Shown: positions 39,208 to 47,990 of the stretch, piece after piece
Position numbering within the stretch: the stretch's first letter is position 1
How the letters are laid out: each line of letters starts with the position of its first letter
Origin: a virus
Virus record (IMG/VR): IMGVR_UViG_3300042569_002607
Coordinates: 1 to 64,000 of that record
DNA length: 64,000 nt
Reading direction: 5' to 3' (one strand)
The notes under the pieces: generated by a model
Seen by the model: the letters and a program-made list of their open reading frames with translations, nothing else
Databases searched by the model: none
Told to the model about the DNA's origin: nothing
Program-made: the position numbers and the translations under genes

Positions 39208-40098
39208 ATGGCAGAAGGCTCAATCATCGCGTGGACCAATCACACCCTGAACCCGTGGATGGGGTGTCTCAAGATCAGCGACGGCTGTAAGAACTGTTAC
39301 GCCGACACGCTGGTCACCAATCGCATGAAGCTGAACGTGTGGGGGCCTGCCTCCACAACCACGCGTAAGGTGACCAGCGCCGCTATCTGGGCGAAGCCGC
39401 ACAGCTGGAATCGCGCCGCCGCAAAGGCTGACGAGGAGACGTTTGTGTTCTGCGCGTCGCTCTGTGACGTCTTCGAAGATCATCCGGTCGCAGACGCCAC
39501 GCGGCCACGTCTCTGGGACGTCATCCGCGCTACGCCGCATCTCACCTGGCAGCTCTTGACCAAACGTCCTGAGCGCATTGCGGCACACCTGCCAGCGGAT
39601 TGGGGTGAGGGCTGGCCCCACGTGTGGCTCGGCACGTCGATCGAGGACATGCGCGTGGCGAGTCGCGCGGATCATCTGCGCCGCGTGCCGGCGGTGGTGC
39701 GCTTCATCAGCTACGAGCCGGCGCTCGGCCCGCTCGACGATCTCAACCTGTCCGGCATCGATTGGGTTATCTACGGCGGGGAGTCGGGACCCGGGTATCG
39801 AGCGCACGATCTCGCGTGGCCGCGCGTTATGCGCGATCGCTGTGCCGCGGAAGGCGTTGCCTTCTTCTTCAAGCAGTCGGCCGCGCCGCGCACCGAGATG
39901 GGCATTCGACTCGACGGAGAGTTGATCCGCCTCTGGCCAACGCCACGCACGGTGCAGCATCCGTCTTTTCCGGACTACCGACCAGCCAGCATTCGCCGCA
40001 CCCCGCCGGATAAGGACTACTCCCCGCGCTACTCCACAACGACACCGGCGGAACCGCCGGCGCTCGGCGCCGAGATAGCGGAAGGGCTGCTGCTGTAG
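39208..40098 (+). CDS. DUF5131 / Gp37-Gp68 three-Cys radical-SAM-like protein
   Basis: IAWT..T.NPWMGCLKISDGCKNCYA, FCASLCDVF, WQLLTKRPER, RFISYEP, WVIYGGESG, FFFKQ. Confidence 0.92.
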   Translation: MAEGSIIAWTNHTLNPWMGCLKISDGCKNCYADTLVTNRMKLNVWGPASTTTRKVTSAAIWAKPHSWNRAAAKADEETFVFCASLCDVFEDHPVADATRPRLWDVIRATPHLTWQLLTKRPERIAAHLPADWGEGWPHVWLGTSIEDMRVASRADHLRRVPAVVRFISYEPALGPLDDLNLSGIDWVIYGGESGPGYRAHDLAWPRVMRDRCAAEGVAFFFKQSAAPRTEMGIRLDGELIRLWPTPRTVQHPSFPDYRPASIRRTPPDKDYSPRYSTTTPAEPPALGAEIAEGLLL

Positions 40099-40109
40099 CG
40101 GCGCACGCG

Positions 40110-40592
40110 ATGAACGCGCCGCCGTATCCCGAACCGGTGAACGCGCCACGCGAGAAGCGACCGGATGGGTCGGTGCTGCTCCATGCAGCGCCGCCCCTGC
40201 GTCGCTTTCCCATCGCGGAAGCCCCAGGCTTCGCCGTCGAAGTCACCGATCGCCCCGAGGCGGTCTACTTGCTGGGGAAACCTGACGGCTCGGAGATCCC
40301 GGTCCCGTGCCGGCTCTGTGGCACCTGGAACCCTGCCACCATCAGTGGTCGGCACTTCTTCTACGCGTGGGAACCGGACGTCGCGCTCGAGCTCACCAGC
40401 GTGCGCCGCGTGGAGTGCCTTATCGGCCGCCTGGCGTTTCCCAGCGGCTGGGCGGCGTCGCCGTGGTTCGCGAACACGTCGCGCCGTGCCCTGCTCCGCC
40501 AGTTGAGTGCATTCACCGCGGCATTCCTCGACGAACGCCTCACGAAGTCGGTGGCACTCATGCGCGCGGTCTCACGGCAAGACGCGCGATAG
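40110..40592 (+). CDS. hypothetical protein
   Basis: Co-oriented ORF with CxxC. Confidence 0.45.
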   Translation: MNAPPYPEPVNAPREKRPDGSVLLHAAPPLRRFPIAEAPGFAVEVTDRPEAVYLLGKPDGSEIPVPCRLCGTWNPATISGRHFFYAWEPDVALELTSVRRVECLIGRLAFPSGWAASPWFANTSRRALLRQLSAFTAAFLDERLTKSVALMRAVSRQDAR

Positions 40593-40639
40593 CGTCCAGA
40601 CTGGCGACGCCGGCTACGTGCGTCGCCTATCTTTATCTA

Positions 40640-40876
40640 ATGTCTCAACGATCCCCGAAGAAGCTGCGCATTGCCGATGACACGCCACTGGGGCACCTGA
40701 TTGGCGCCGAACTTCTCAGACCGCGAACCGTTACCGCGCTGACTCGCACGATGTGGACCGTGGGGCAGCTTCGCGCGTGGTGGCGAGATCACGAAGCCGG
40801 ATCGGCCGCGGTGCTGCCCTGGGTCGGCCCGGCGGCGATGGACGACATTCGCCGCGCCATGCGTCGGATCGCATGA
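40640..40876 (+). CDS. small protein, RNAP alpha-CTD/HhH-like
   Basis: LRPRTVTAL...TVGQL...LPWVGPAAMDDI pattern. Confidence 0.45.
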   Translation: MSQRSPKKLRIADDTPLGHLIGAELLRPRTVTALTRTMWTVGQLRAWWRDHEAGSAAVLPWVGPAAMDDIRRAMRRIA

Positions 40877-40978
40877 CGCCAGCCCTCCCACGTTTCCGGT
40901 CGGTCTTCGTCCGCCGCAAGTGACGCGAAGCAGCGCTCGCGGGCGCGGCGCGGGATGCGCGGCCGGTGACTTATCGCG

Positions 40979-41007
40979 TTGACAACATAGGGGTATGCCC
41001 CTATTTT
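40979..41007 (+). promoter_or_regulatory. sigma70 promoter with palindromic operator
   Basis: TTGACA-17-TATTTT; ATAGGGG-TATG-CCCCTAT inverted repeat at 40987-41004. Confidence 0.7.
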
Positions 41008-41073
41008 TATGGTGTCGGCGCGAGTGGCGCCGGCACGAACCGCCCACTGGGGCGCTGCCCCGAGGATACCGAG

Positions 41074-41685
41074 ATGACCGCTTTCTTTGCCGCCTACACC
41101 GACGCCATGATCTGCGCCGTCGGCACGTCGCCCGCCGAGGCCATCGCGACCGCTCGCCGCGAGATGCAGGAGCCGGACGCCGAGCTGGAGACGGCGCGCA
41201 TTTCCGAGACGCTGGCCGCGTACATCGCCAGCGGTCACACGCCCCGCCGCTGGGACATCGTCGGCGGCTCGCTCATCGACACGACGCACGCCGATGCCGA
41301 CGCCGATTTCGTGCGGTGCGACTCCGACGCGGGCGACGGCGGGTGGTCGCTCCACGCGCCGGACAGCACGGACGAGGATATTGCCGAGGGGCTCGCGCTC
41401 GAACTGGCCAGCGGCACCGGCAAGCCCACGCGGGAGGACTACGACCTCGCCCGGGCGCAGATGGCGAGCCCGGCCCGCGCGTCGACGTGGGCGCTTCGGC
41501 GCCTCGTCGCCGCCTCCGGCCTCACGCCGACCGAGCTGTCCCGCGTGCTGGGCCGCGATGACCGCACGATGCGCCGCTGGCTGTCGGGGGAGCAGGACGT
41601 GCCCGACACGCTGGCGCAGCAGGTCGCGCGGCTCCGCGTCACGGCGGTGGACCCGGAGTGGGTCCACCTGACGTATCGCCGCTGA
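41074..41685 (+). CDS. acidic N-terminal domain(s) fused to a C-terminal XRE/Aca-like HTH
   Basis: SGLTPTELSRVLGRDDRTMRRWLSGEQDVP; GAGGA RBS. Confidence 0.65.
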   Translation: MTAFFAAYTDAMICAVGTSPAEAIATARREMQEPDAELETARISETLAAYIASGHTPRRWDIVGGSLIDTTHADADADFVRCDSDAGDGGWSLHAPDSTDEDIAEGLALELASGTGKPTREDYDLARAQMASPARASTWALRRLVAASGLTPTELSRVLGRDDRTMRRWLSGEQDVPDTLAQQVARLRVTAVDPEWVHLTYRR

Positions 41686-42485
41686 TGGCGCGACCGAAAG
41701 CCACGGTCCCGGACGAGCCGCTCCCGAGCGAGGACTACATCACGCTGTTCGACGGGCAGGGAGCGAGCCCGTCGCGTGGCTACATGCTCGCGATGACGAT
41801 GGACGGCACGCACCGCAAGGTGTGGCACGGGGTCGCCAAGTACGGATCGTGGGCGGCGGCGCTTGCGGCCGCGCGTCAGGCGCGGGAAATCTGGCTGGCG
41901 ACGCGCGACCCGCAGGATGCCGTGCCCGGCCGGGGGAAGCGGGCGCATACGCGCGGGTGTCGGTATGACGCAGTGCGGCGGCAGTGGGTCGCACGCTGGA
42001 CCGATCCCATCGTGCGGCGCCTGTACTCCGTCGGCTGTGGCGACGGCGAGGCCGGCCGGGAGCGTGCCCACGCACTGCGCGCAGAGGCCGAATCCCGGAT
42101 TGCGTCGCATCGCCCGACGATGGACCTGGTGCCGCCGAGGGGACGGGCGCCGGCGATCCGGCGCCAGACGAAAGAGGCGCTGACAGAGCGGTTGGCCGAT
42201 CTCCAGCGCAAGATTTGGGCGCTCAAGTCGGAGCAGCACCGGGTGCGCCTGAGCCTGCGCGCGCTTGAGGGCGACGACGGGCCAGCGCCGGCCATGCCGC
42301 AGCACGAGAGCCGCACGCTCCGCGCCGAGGTCGCGCGCATGTCGCGGGCCGGGTACAGTGTGCGCGACATCGCGTCGCATCTCGGCATCACCGAGCGCGC
42401 GGTGTATTCGCACCGGCACAAGGCGGGGGTAGCGACGCCCAGAGCGGAAACGCCGGGCGAGCCGCAGCCGCCAGACGGGGGTTGA
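41685..42485 (+). CDS. AP2-like domain(s) + coiled coil + HTH protein
   Basis: KYGSWAAALAAARQAR, GCRYDAVRRQWVARW, GYSVRDIASHLGITERAVY. Confidence 0.55.
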   Translation: MARPKATVPDEPLPSEDYITLFDGQGASPSRGYMLAMTMDGTHRKVWHGVAKYGSWAAALAAARQAREIWLATRDPQDAVPGRGKRAHTRGCRYDAVRRQWVARWTDPIVRRLYSVGCGDGEAGRERAHALRAEAESRIASHRPTMDLVPPRGRAPAIRRQTKEALTERLADLQRKIWALKSEQHRVRLSLRALEGDDGPAPAMPQHESRTLRAEVARMSRAGYSVRDIASHLGITERAVYSHRHKAGVATPRAETPGEPQPPDGG

Positions 42486-42510
42486 CTAATTAGACGGTCA
42501 GTGTTATTAT
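42482..42510 (+). promoter_or_regulatory. sigma70 promoter for radC
   Basis: TTGACT-17-TATTAT. Confidence 0.65.
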
Positions 42511-42581
42511 CATGATGTCGGGCGCAACGAGCGCTGACCAGTGGCGGGCCGCTGATTCGGTCCGGTAGCGCAGGAGCAACA

Positions 42582-43037
42582 ATGGAAGCTGTGTCCCTCC
42601 CCTCGTGGTGCCGCATTGTCCGGGAGACGTCGCCGGAGCTGGTGGCCGCGTTCGCCGCACGCCCGACAATCGCCGGCCCGACGGATGCGGCCGCGTACCT
42701 CGCCCCGCGCCTCGTCGCTGAAGAGGTTGAGGTGTTTGCGGTCATGATGCTCGACGCACAGAACCGTGTCATGGCGATGCACGAAGTCACGCGCGGGTTG
42801 GTAAACTCCTCGCTGGTCCATCCGCGTGAGGTGTTCCGGCTCGCGATTGCGGTCGGCGCGTCATCCATCATCGTCGCGCACAATCACCCGAGCGGCGTGC
42901 TGACGCCGAGCCCGGAAGACATCGAGGTCACGCGCGCGCTCGTGGCCGCCGGCGAAGTGCTGGACATCCCCGTCCGCGATCACCTGATCATCGGCCTCAG
43001 TGGCCACCGGTCGCTGGCGTCGGACGGGTACATCTGA
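42582..43037 (+). CDS. radC: RadC-family JAB domain protein
   Basis: EVFAVMMLD...SLVHPREVF...AHNHPSG..PSPED...DHLII. Confidence 0.9.
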   Translation: MEAVSLPSWCRIVRETSPELVAAFAARPTIAGPTDAAAYLAPRLVAEEVEVFAVMMLDAQNRVMAMHEVTRGLVNSSLVHPREVFRLAIAVGASSIIVAHNHPSGVLTPSPEDIEVTRALVAAGEVLDIPVRDHLIIGLSGHRSLASDGYI

Positions 43038-43111
43038 CGATCATCAGGCGCCGCCACAGTGGCGGCGCCCATGCGGCTCCCCTCGCCGAATCCCTCACCG
43101 AGAGCACGATC

Positions 43112-43498
43112 ATGTCTGACGGACCTCCCATCACCTACAGCACGACGCACCCAGAGCCGAGGCGCACGGTCGATCACGCAGAGGCACCGCGTGTGCCGAC
43201 TCCTGCGGCTCAGCAACGCCTGCGCGACCTCGTCAATGACCCGACGCCGAGCGGAGACACCAGGGGCTCCGCATTGCCGGCGCCGCATTCGGGGGCGCGA
43301 TTTTCGCAGCGGCAGGCGGCGCGAAAGCTGCTGGCCGGACGCAGCTATCAGGCCGTGCAAGCGTGGCTGAGAGGCGAGCCCGTCCCGACCGCCACGGCCG
43401 AGTTCCTCGAGCACGACCTACAGCGCGTCGACGCGCGCCTCGAGGATCGGATGATCCGCATAGCCGAGGACGAGATCGCGATTGTAGTGAAGCGGTAA
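43112..43498 (+). CDS. HTH protein (Aca-like)
   Basis: FSQRQAARKLLAGRSYQAVQAWLRGEPVP. Confidence 0.5.
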   Translation: MSDGPPITYSTTHPEPRRTVDHAEAPRVPTPAAQQRLRDLVNDPTPSGDTRGSALPAPHSGARFSQRQAARKLLAGRSYQAVQAWLRGEPVPTATAEFLEHDLQRVDARLEDRMIRIAEDEIAIVVKR

Positions 43499-43596
43499 AG
43501 CGGCCAGAGTAACCTTCATAATCAGCTTTTGACGGTGGGACAAACGCCAGCGTAATTGTTGGAGAACAACGCGTTAGCAGTTTTTACCTGTGGAGT

Positions 43597-44235
43597 ATGC
43601 AAGATTTTTGCAGAAATTCCGACATCATTTCCGAGGTGAAAGTGTCCCACGCAAAGAGCTGGTGTGAGGCGGTGCGGCAGGCGGAAGCGCTGTGGATCGA
43701 CGCGATTATCGCTGCGGATGCACGACTGCCAATGGAGATTCGGCCTTTCCTGAACCTCAGCTTGGCGAAGCAGAATCTGTCGCACCTGATTCGGCGCGAG
43801 CTGATCCAGAGCGGCTTGCCCGTCGTGGCGCAGCCGTCCGGGAATTCCGATGTCGATTACTTCGTGCTGAAGGGGACGGCGGTAATCCGGGTGAAGGGCC
43901 TCAACAAGCAGGGAAGGCCGTCTAACTACGCGACAGATACCGCCCTGCAGTATCACCTTGGCGATGCGGTTGACAGCCTGCCGGATCTACCGCCGCTTCC
44001 GCGAGTCGATGTGTCGTACCATCTCGACGAGGTGCTCTTCGTGGTTCGCGCAGTGGAACTGCTCGAATGGCGAGAGAACCGCGCGGTTCGGCGCTACCAG
44101 TTGCCTGCGTTTGGGATGCCTCGGGAAATCGAGGTGGCCGAGGAGTTGCCGTTCGAAGTCGCGCCGGCGACCATTCGCCCGAAGCGCGAGGAGATGAACC
44201 GTCGTCGTCGCGCGAGGCGCGAAGGAGAATCGTGA
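43597..44235 (+). CDS. putative toxin partner of the XRE-ImmA protein
   Basis: RVKGLNKQGRPSNYAT...LP.LPRVDVSYHL; GTGA overlap with the next gene; AT-richer. Confidence 0.5.
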   Translation: MQDFCRNSDIISEVKVSHAKSWCEAVRQAEALWIDAIIAADARLPMEIRPFLNLSLAKQNLSHLIRRELIQSGLPVVAQPSGNSDVDYFVLKGTAVIRVKGLNKQGRPSNYATDTALQYHLGDAVDSLPDLPPLPRVDVSYHLDEVLFVVRAVELLEWRENRAVRRYQLPAFGMPREIEVAEELPFEVAPATIRPKREEMNRRRRARREGES

Positions 44236-45290
44236 ATAGGGTTCGGGTGAACGGGGAACTGTTGCAGCTGGCTCGCCAACGCGAAGGGCTGACGCAGACG
44301 ATGCTTGCCGAGCTCAGTGGAGTTGGGAGTCCGCTGATCTCTCGCGTGGAATCGGGCCTCGTCACGCACCTGCCAGAGGAGTCCGCACGCAAGTTGGCTG
44401 ACGCGACGCATGTGAGCGTGCGGTTTTTCGATAAAGACCCTACGGTGCGCCATCTCGGCTTCCATCGACTGTATCGTCTTCAGCGGAAAGTCGGCGTTCG
44501 CGCACTTGAGCGTCTTGAAAGCGAGATCAACGCACGTCGGCTTCACATAATCAGCCTGCTCAAGAAGTTCGACGTGGAACACGCGATGCCGTTGCCATCT
44601 CGCTCAGACTTTGAGGGCCTATCGCCGATGCAGGCCGCTCAGGAGATCCGCCGGATGTGGCTTGTAAAGCGCGGAGTCATCGGCCCCATCACGCCGTTAC
44701 TCGAGGCGGCAGGCATTCTCGTTGTTGAGGTCGATGTTGCAGAAAAGGCATTCGAAGGACTGGCGGTTCACGCCTTCGATGGCATTCCACTCGTTTTCGT
44801 TCGCAAGGGGCAAACCGCTGATCGGCGACGCTACACGCTCGCACATGAGCTGGCACACCTGCTGCTGCATCAGTCGACGACAGAAGAACAGGAGAAAGAA
44901 GCCGAAGAGTTCGCGGCCGAGCTGATCATGCCCGAAGAATATGCTCGGAATCTGTTGGCAAACTTCACCATCCAGAAGGCGCTGGAGCTCAAAGCTCGCT
45001 ACCAGATATCCGTACAGTTCTGCATCATGCGCGCAGCACAACTCGAACTCATCGGAAAAGACGAGAAGACGAGGCTGTTCAAGTATGTGTCCATGAAAGG
45101 CTGGCGGACCGAGGAACCGTATGCGATGCCTCCGGAACGACCGACCATCCTCAGTGACATTCTACGTTCAGTCATCAAGCAACTCGCCTATACGGTTGAA
45201 GAGCTCGCAGACGAGTTCGGCGAAACTCCAGATCGAGTGCGTGATTACTTCTTCACGGAAGATCAACCCAATCGCCTCCGCTTGGTGTGA
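44232..45290 (+). CDS. XRE HTH + ImmA/IrrE (DUF955) metallopeptidase
   Basis: ARQREGLTQTMLAELSGV...ISRVESG; RRYTLAHELAHLLLH (HExxH); EAEEFAAELIMP. Confidence 0.9.
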   Translation: MNRVRVNGELLQLARQREGLTQTMLAELSGVGSPLISRVESGLVTHLPEESARKLADATHVSVRFFDKDPTVRHLGFHRLYRLQRKVGVRALERLESEINARRLHIISLLKKFDVEHAMPLPSRSDFEGLSPMQAAQEIRRMWLVKRGVIGPITPLLEAAGILVVEVDVAEKAFEGLAVHAFDGIPLVFVRKGQTADRRRYTLAHELAHLLLHQSTTEEQEKEAEEFAAELIMPEEYARNLLANFTIQKALELKARYQISVQFCIMRAAQLELIGKDEKTRLFKYVSMKGWRTEEPYAMPPERPTILSDILRSVIKQLAYTVEELADEFGETPDRVRDYFFTEDQPNRLRLV

Positions 45291-45301
45291 GCCAAGAATC
45301 G

Positions 45302-45330
45302 AACGCCCCACCGTCACCGGTGGGGCGTTT
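45302..45330. terminator. bidirectional terminator between convergent genes
   Basis: AACGCCCCACCG-TCAC-CGGTGGGGCGTT. Confidence 0.7.
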
Positions 45331-45334
45331 GCAT

Positions 45335-45811
45335 TCACGGCTCTGGCTGCTTTGCGGCGAACGTTTTAGCAACTAGCGCGTGGGTTCGAAAGACACACGT
45401 AATTTGAAAGGCCATGCGAGAAGACATTGTGCCGTACGATTTGAACTGTTTGGGTATCGAGAGTTGCCCGATCAGGGCCTTTACATCATCGAATGAGTGG
45501 ATCGAAATCGTGTGGGCGAACTTGTTCCGGATTTTGAAGATGGTCCTGAGCTCTTGATGCTCATCGTCATCAATCAATCCAAAGGCGTGTGCGACCGTGA
45601 GATGCCGTGAAACTTGTTCTTCACACAGCGATCTAGCGGACGCGTTAGGCCTCGTGCTTGCGGCGATCAATCGCGCAAGCTGATCCTCAATCTGGCCGGC
45701 CAGCAGAATGGCCACCTCGCGATCGCTAAGAACGTTCCACGCATTGAAGCGGGTGTTCATTTCGGCGACCTGCTCAAGCAAGTCCCTTTCTTTCGAAGGC
45801 ACCTCAGTCAT
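45335..45811 (-). CDS. MtlR/DUF4145-like helical protein
   Basis: SDREVAILL...AHAFGLID....L..I.KIRNKFAH. Confidence 0.65.
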   Translation of the reverse strand: MTEVPSKERDLLEQVAEMNTRFNAWNVLSDREVAILLAGQIEDQLARLIAASTRPNASARSLCEEQVSRHLTVAHAFGLIDDDEHQELRTIFKIRNKFAHTISIHSFDDVKALIGQLSIPKQFKSYGTMSSRMAFQITCVFRTHALVAKTFAAKQPEP

Positions 45812-46119
45812 AGCGGCGCCCACCTCGTCACCGCCCCAATCCACTTCCGCCCCGTCCCGCTGTCGTCATTCCACGTGACGATCACCTTGCACGCCCACGG
45901 CCCGGGACCCTGCAGGATGCGCAGCGCCGTCCGTTCGCCACGGCCGAGCGACGCGGGGAGCTCTCCGGCGAGCAGCTCCGAGACGTCGTCGCCGTTGTGC
46001 TCGAGTGTGCACCGCAGCTGCACCGCAGTGTCATCACCAGTGTTCTCGATCACCAGCTGGCGACGGTGTCCGGCTCCATCGGGGCGCGCGGAGAGGGCGG
46101 CGGATTTGCCGAAGGGCAT
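45808..46119 (-). CDS. hypothetical protein
   Basis: LVIENTG...VTWND Ig-like pattern; coupled ORF. Confidence 0.45.
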   Translation of the reverse strand: MPFGKSAALSARPDGAGHRRQLVIENTGDDTAVQLRCTLEHNGDDVSELLAGELPASLGRGERTALRILQGPGPWACKVIVTWNDDSGTGRKWIGAVTRWAPL

Positions 46120-46121
46120 GG

Positions 46122-46370
46122 CTAGCGGATGTGCACGGTCTCAACCCAACCACAGTGGCGATTGGGACACGTAACCACTGCTGACCGTAGCCCGACCGGT
46201 ACAAGCGATCCGCGGGGGGCCGCGATCGCCTCCCATGTTGTCTCACAGCTCTCGCACTCGACGGTGGCACTCAGAATGGGACCGGTCAAAGGACGGGAGC
46301 CCATCGGTGATCGGCTGATCAGATTCGACGCGATCTGTTTGAAGCGCACGTTTCGAAGATTAAAGGCCAT
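46122..46370 (-). CDS. small Zn-ribbon protein
   Basis: CESC...CPNRHC; GGAG RBS. Confidence 0.5.
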   Translation of the reverse strand: MAFNLRNVRFKQIASNLISRSPMGSRPLTGPILSATVECESCETTWEAIAAPRGSLVPVGLRSAVVTCPNRHCGWVETVHIR

Positions 46371-46431
46371 TGCCGCTCCTGATATCGAGAAGGTGTTTCA
46401 CGTGCATTCCGCGCATGGACGTTTCGGGGGG

Positions 46432-46824
46432 TTAGCGACCTAGGCATTTTGTCCGGTACTGATTAAACCGAGCTTCGGCCGACGTCCCCGCCGCGCCTTT
46501 TTCCGTGATGACATCACCGCGACGGCCAGCGAATGATTCAAATCCGGTATAGGCGCCGAAGGAGTTTCGCGCGTTGAACTCGCCGCACACATAGAACACG
46601 GAATCAGACTCGGCCGACACGATGCCTTGCCATTGCACGGAACTCGGGTCCTTCATGCGACTTGCGAGTTCGTCTTTGACCATCTGTTCGGCCACCGGCT
46701 GCCGGTAGCGCTCGCGCGTTTCCTCCTCGCTGGGCCCCAGCGCACAGAATCCGGCGACCAGGAGAAGCACGACGAGGATCGTCCCCCCGCATCCGACTTG
46801 AAACGCCTTTCCAACAGTTGACAC
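46432..46824 (-). CDS. membrane-anchored protein (superinfection-exclusion candidate)
   Basis: N-terminal TM; MKDPSS...VCGEFNARNSFGAYTGF family motif; AGGAGG RBS. Confidence 0.65.
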   Translation of the reverse strand: MSTVGKAFQVGCGGTILVVLLLVAGFCALGPSEEETRERYRQPVAEQMVKDELASRMKDPSSVQWQGIVSAESDSVFYVCGEFNARNSFGAYTGFESFAGRRGDVITEKGAAGTSAEARFNQYRTKCLGR

Positions 46825-46938
46825 AGTCTCCCTCCTTCGAATGGGTAACTTCCCACAGATTTCCACACCGTCGCGAGCTTGCCGCGTCCCACAATTGCGG
46901 CTGTCAGATCAGCCCGCCATACTCCGGCAACCCCAAAA

Positions 46939-47265
46939 ATGCCCCGAATGGTGAAGCCGTCCGCGACCTGCTATTTCCGTCTTGAGCGCCCAATGCGCTT
47001 CCCCATCGCCGGCGAGGCTGGGGACTTCTTGGCCGTGATGCCGCCGGCCTTCCGTGAGAACCTCTGGATGCTGCAGGCGGAGTCGCTGTGGGTCATTCGC
47101 CGCCGCGCGTTTGAGGAAGGGAAGCTGTGGTCCATGCTGAACGACAAGGTCGACGATGGCACACTCACTTTGCTGCACGCTCCTGGTCGTCGGTTTTTAG
47201 GTCATCTGGTCGAATCTGGGCAGCTGTCGACTGCTCAAGCGCTTCGGGTGTTACGGGCGGGGTAG
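46939..47265 (+). CDS. hypothetical protein
   Basis: Plausible composition; convergently overlaps the repressor 3' end. Confidence 0.4.
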   Translation: MPRMVKPSATCYFRLERPMRFPIAGEAGDFLAVMPPAFRENLWMLQAESLWVIRRRAFEEGKLWSMLNDKVDDGTLTLLHAPGRRFLGHLVESGQLSTAQALRVLRAG

Positions 47266-47617
47266 CCTTTCGCTCGCCAGAGGCGTCGACCGGCGCGCGC
47301 ATCGACTCTGCGATGGACGCGAGGCGCGCCGCGAGATCAACCGCGTATCCACGCGCTTCCTCGACACGCCCACGCCAGTAGTCGAGACTCTCAGAGCCCG
47401 TGACCAACAGCGCGTTCACCAGCGTTCCCGGCTCGAGCTCGTACGCTCGCTCTACGACGGACAAGGTTTCGTCCTCAAGTGGCAGACCACCGGTTTCCCA
47501 GTTGTACACCGTTTGTCGCGTCTTCCCGGACGCTCTGACAATGTCCGGAATGCTCTTGCCAGACTGTATGCGCGTCGACTGAAGAAAATGGCCGGCTCGC
47601 TGTCGGAGTAGTGTCAA
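47165..47617 (-). CDS. CI-like XRE repressor lacking an S24 domain
   Basis: GKSIPDIVRASGKTRQTVYNWETG HTH; divergent from the Cro-like gene; start uncertain (TTG 47617 or 47644). Confidence 0.7.
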   Translation of the reverse strand: MTLLRQRAGHFLQSTRIQSGKSIPDIVRASGKTRQTVYNWETGGLPLEDETLSVVERAYELEPGTLVNALLVTGSESLDYWRGRVEEARGYAVDLAARLASIAESMRAPVDASGERKATPPVTPEALEQSTAAQIRPDDLKTDDQERAAK

Positions 47618-47665
47618 ATTTATACTTGACAGTTGACAATGCACGGCTGTACACTTGTAAAGCGC
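47612..47665. promoter_or_regulatory. lysis/lysogeny switch with operators and promoters
   Basis: AT-rich; TGTCAA-N8-TTGACA palindrome, second TTGACA, TTGACA-18-TACACT. Confidence 0.65.
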
Positions 47666-47706
47666 CTGTTTAACAGGTGGATGCCAGTCGCTTTACATGA
47701 GGATGT

Positions 47707-47988
47707 ATGCCCCGACACCAGTCTCCCGCCAAGCGCGCGACCGGAAAGAAGAAGCGGTCTCTCCCATGGAGTGGACCCATTCCGCTTGGTCCCATGTCGC
47801 TCCGGCTTGCCGCCAAGATCATTGGCGGCGTGAACTCCTATGGAGTGATGCGGTTGATCGCCGAAGGAGAATTGAGCGGCCAGAAGGTGCACAACACCGC
47901 CGGTGGCCATGCCCTCCAGGTTTTGGGGGAGTCGGTGGCCGCCTACGTGGCCAGGCGTGAGGCCGCGCCGCAGCGCGGTATCGCGTGA
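47707..47988 (+). CDS. Cro/excisionase-like HTH protein
   Basis: MSLRLAAKIIGG....VMRLIAEGEL; GAGGA RBS. Confidence 0.6.
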   Translation: MPRHQSPAKRATGKKKRSLPWSGPIPLGPMSLRLAAKIIGGVNSYGVMRLIAEGELSGQKVHNTAGGHALQVLGESVAAYVARREAAPQRGIA

Positions 47989-47990
47989 TC

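Noticed and set aside
43047-43069. Perfect GC palindrome GGCGCCGCCAC-A-GTGGCGGCGCC as a terminator
   Set aside because: No U-tract on either strand; function cannot be supported
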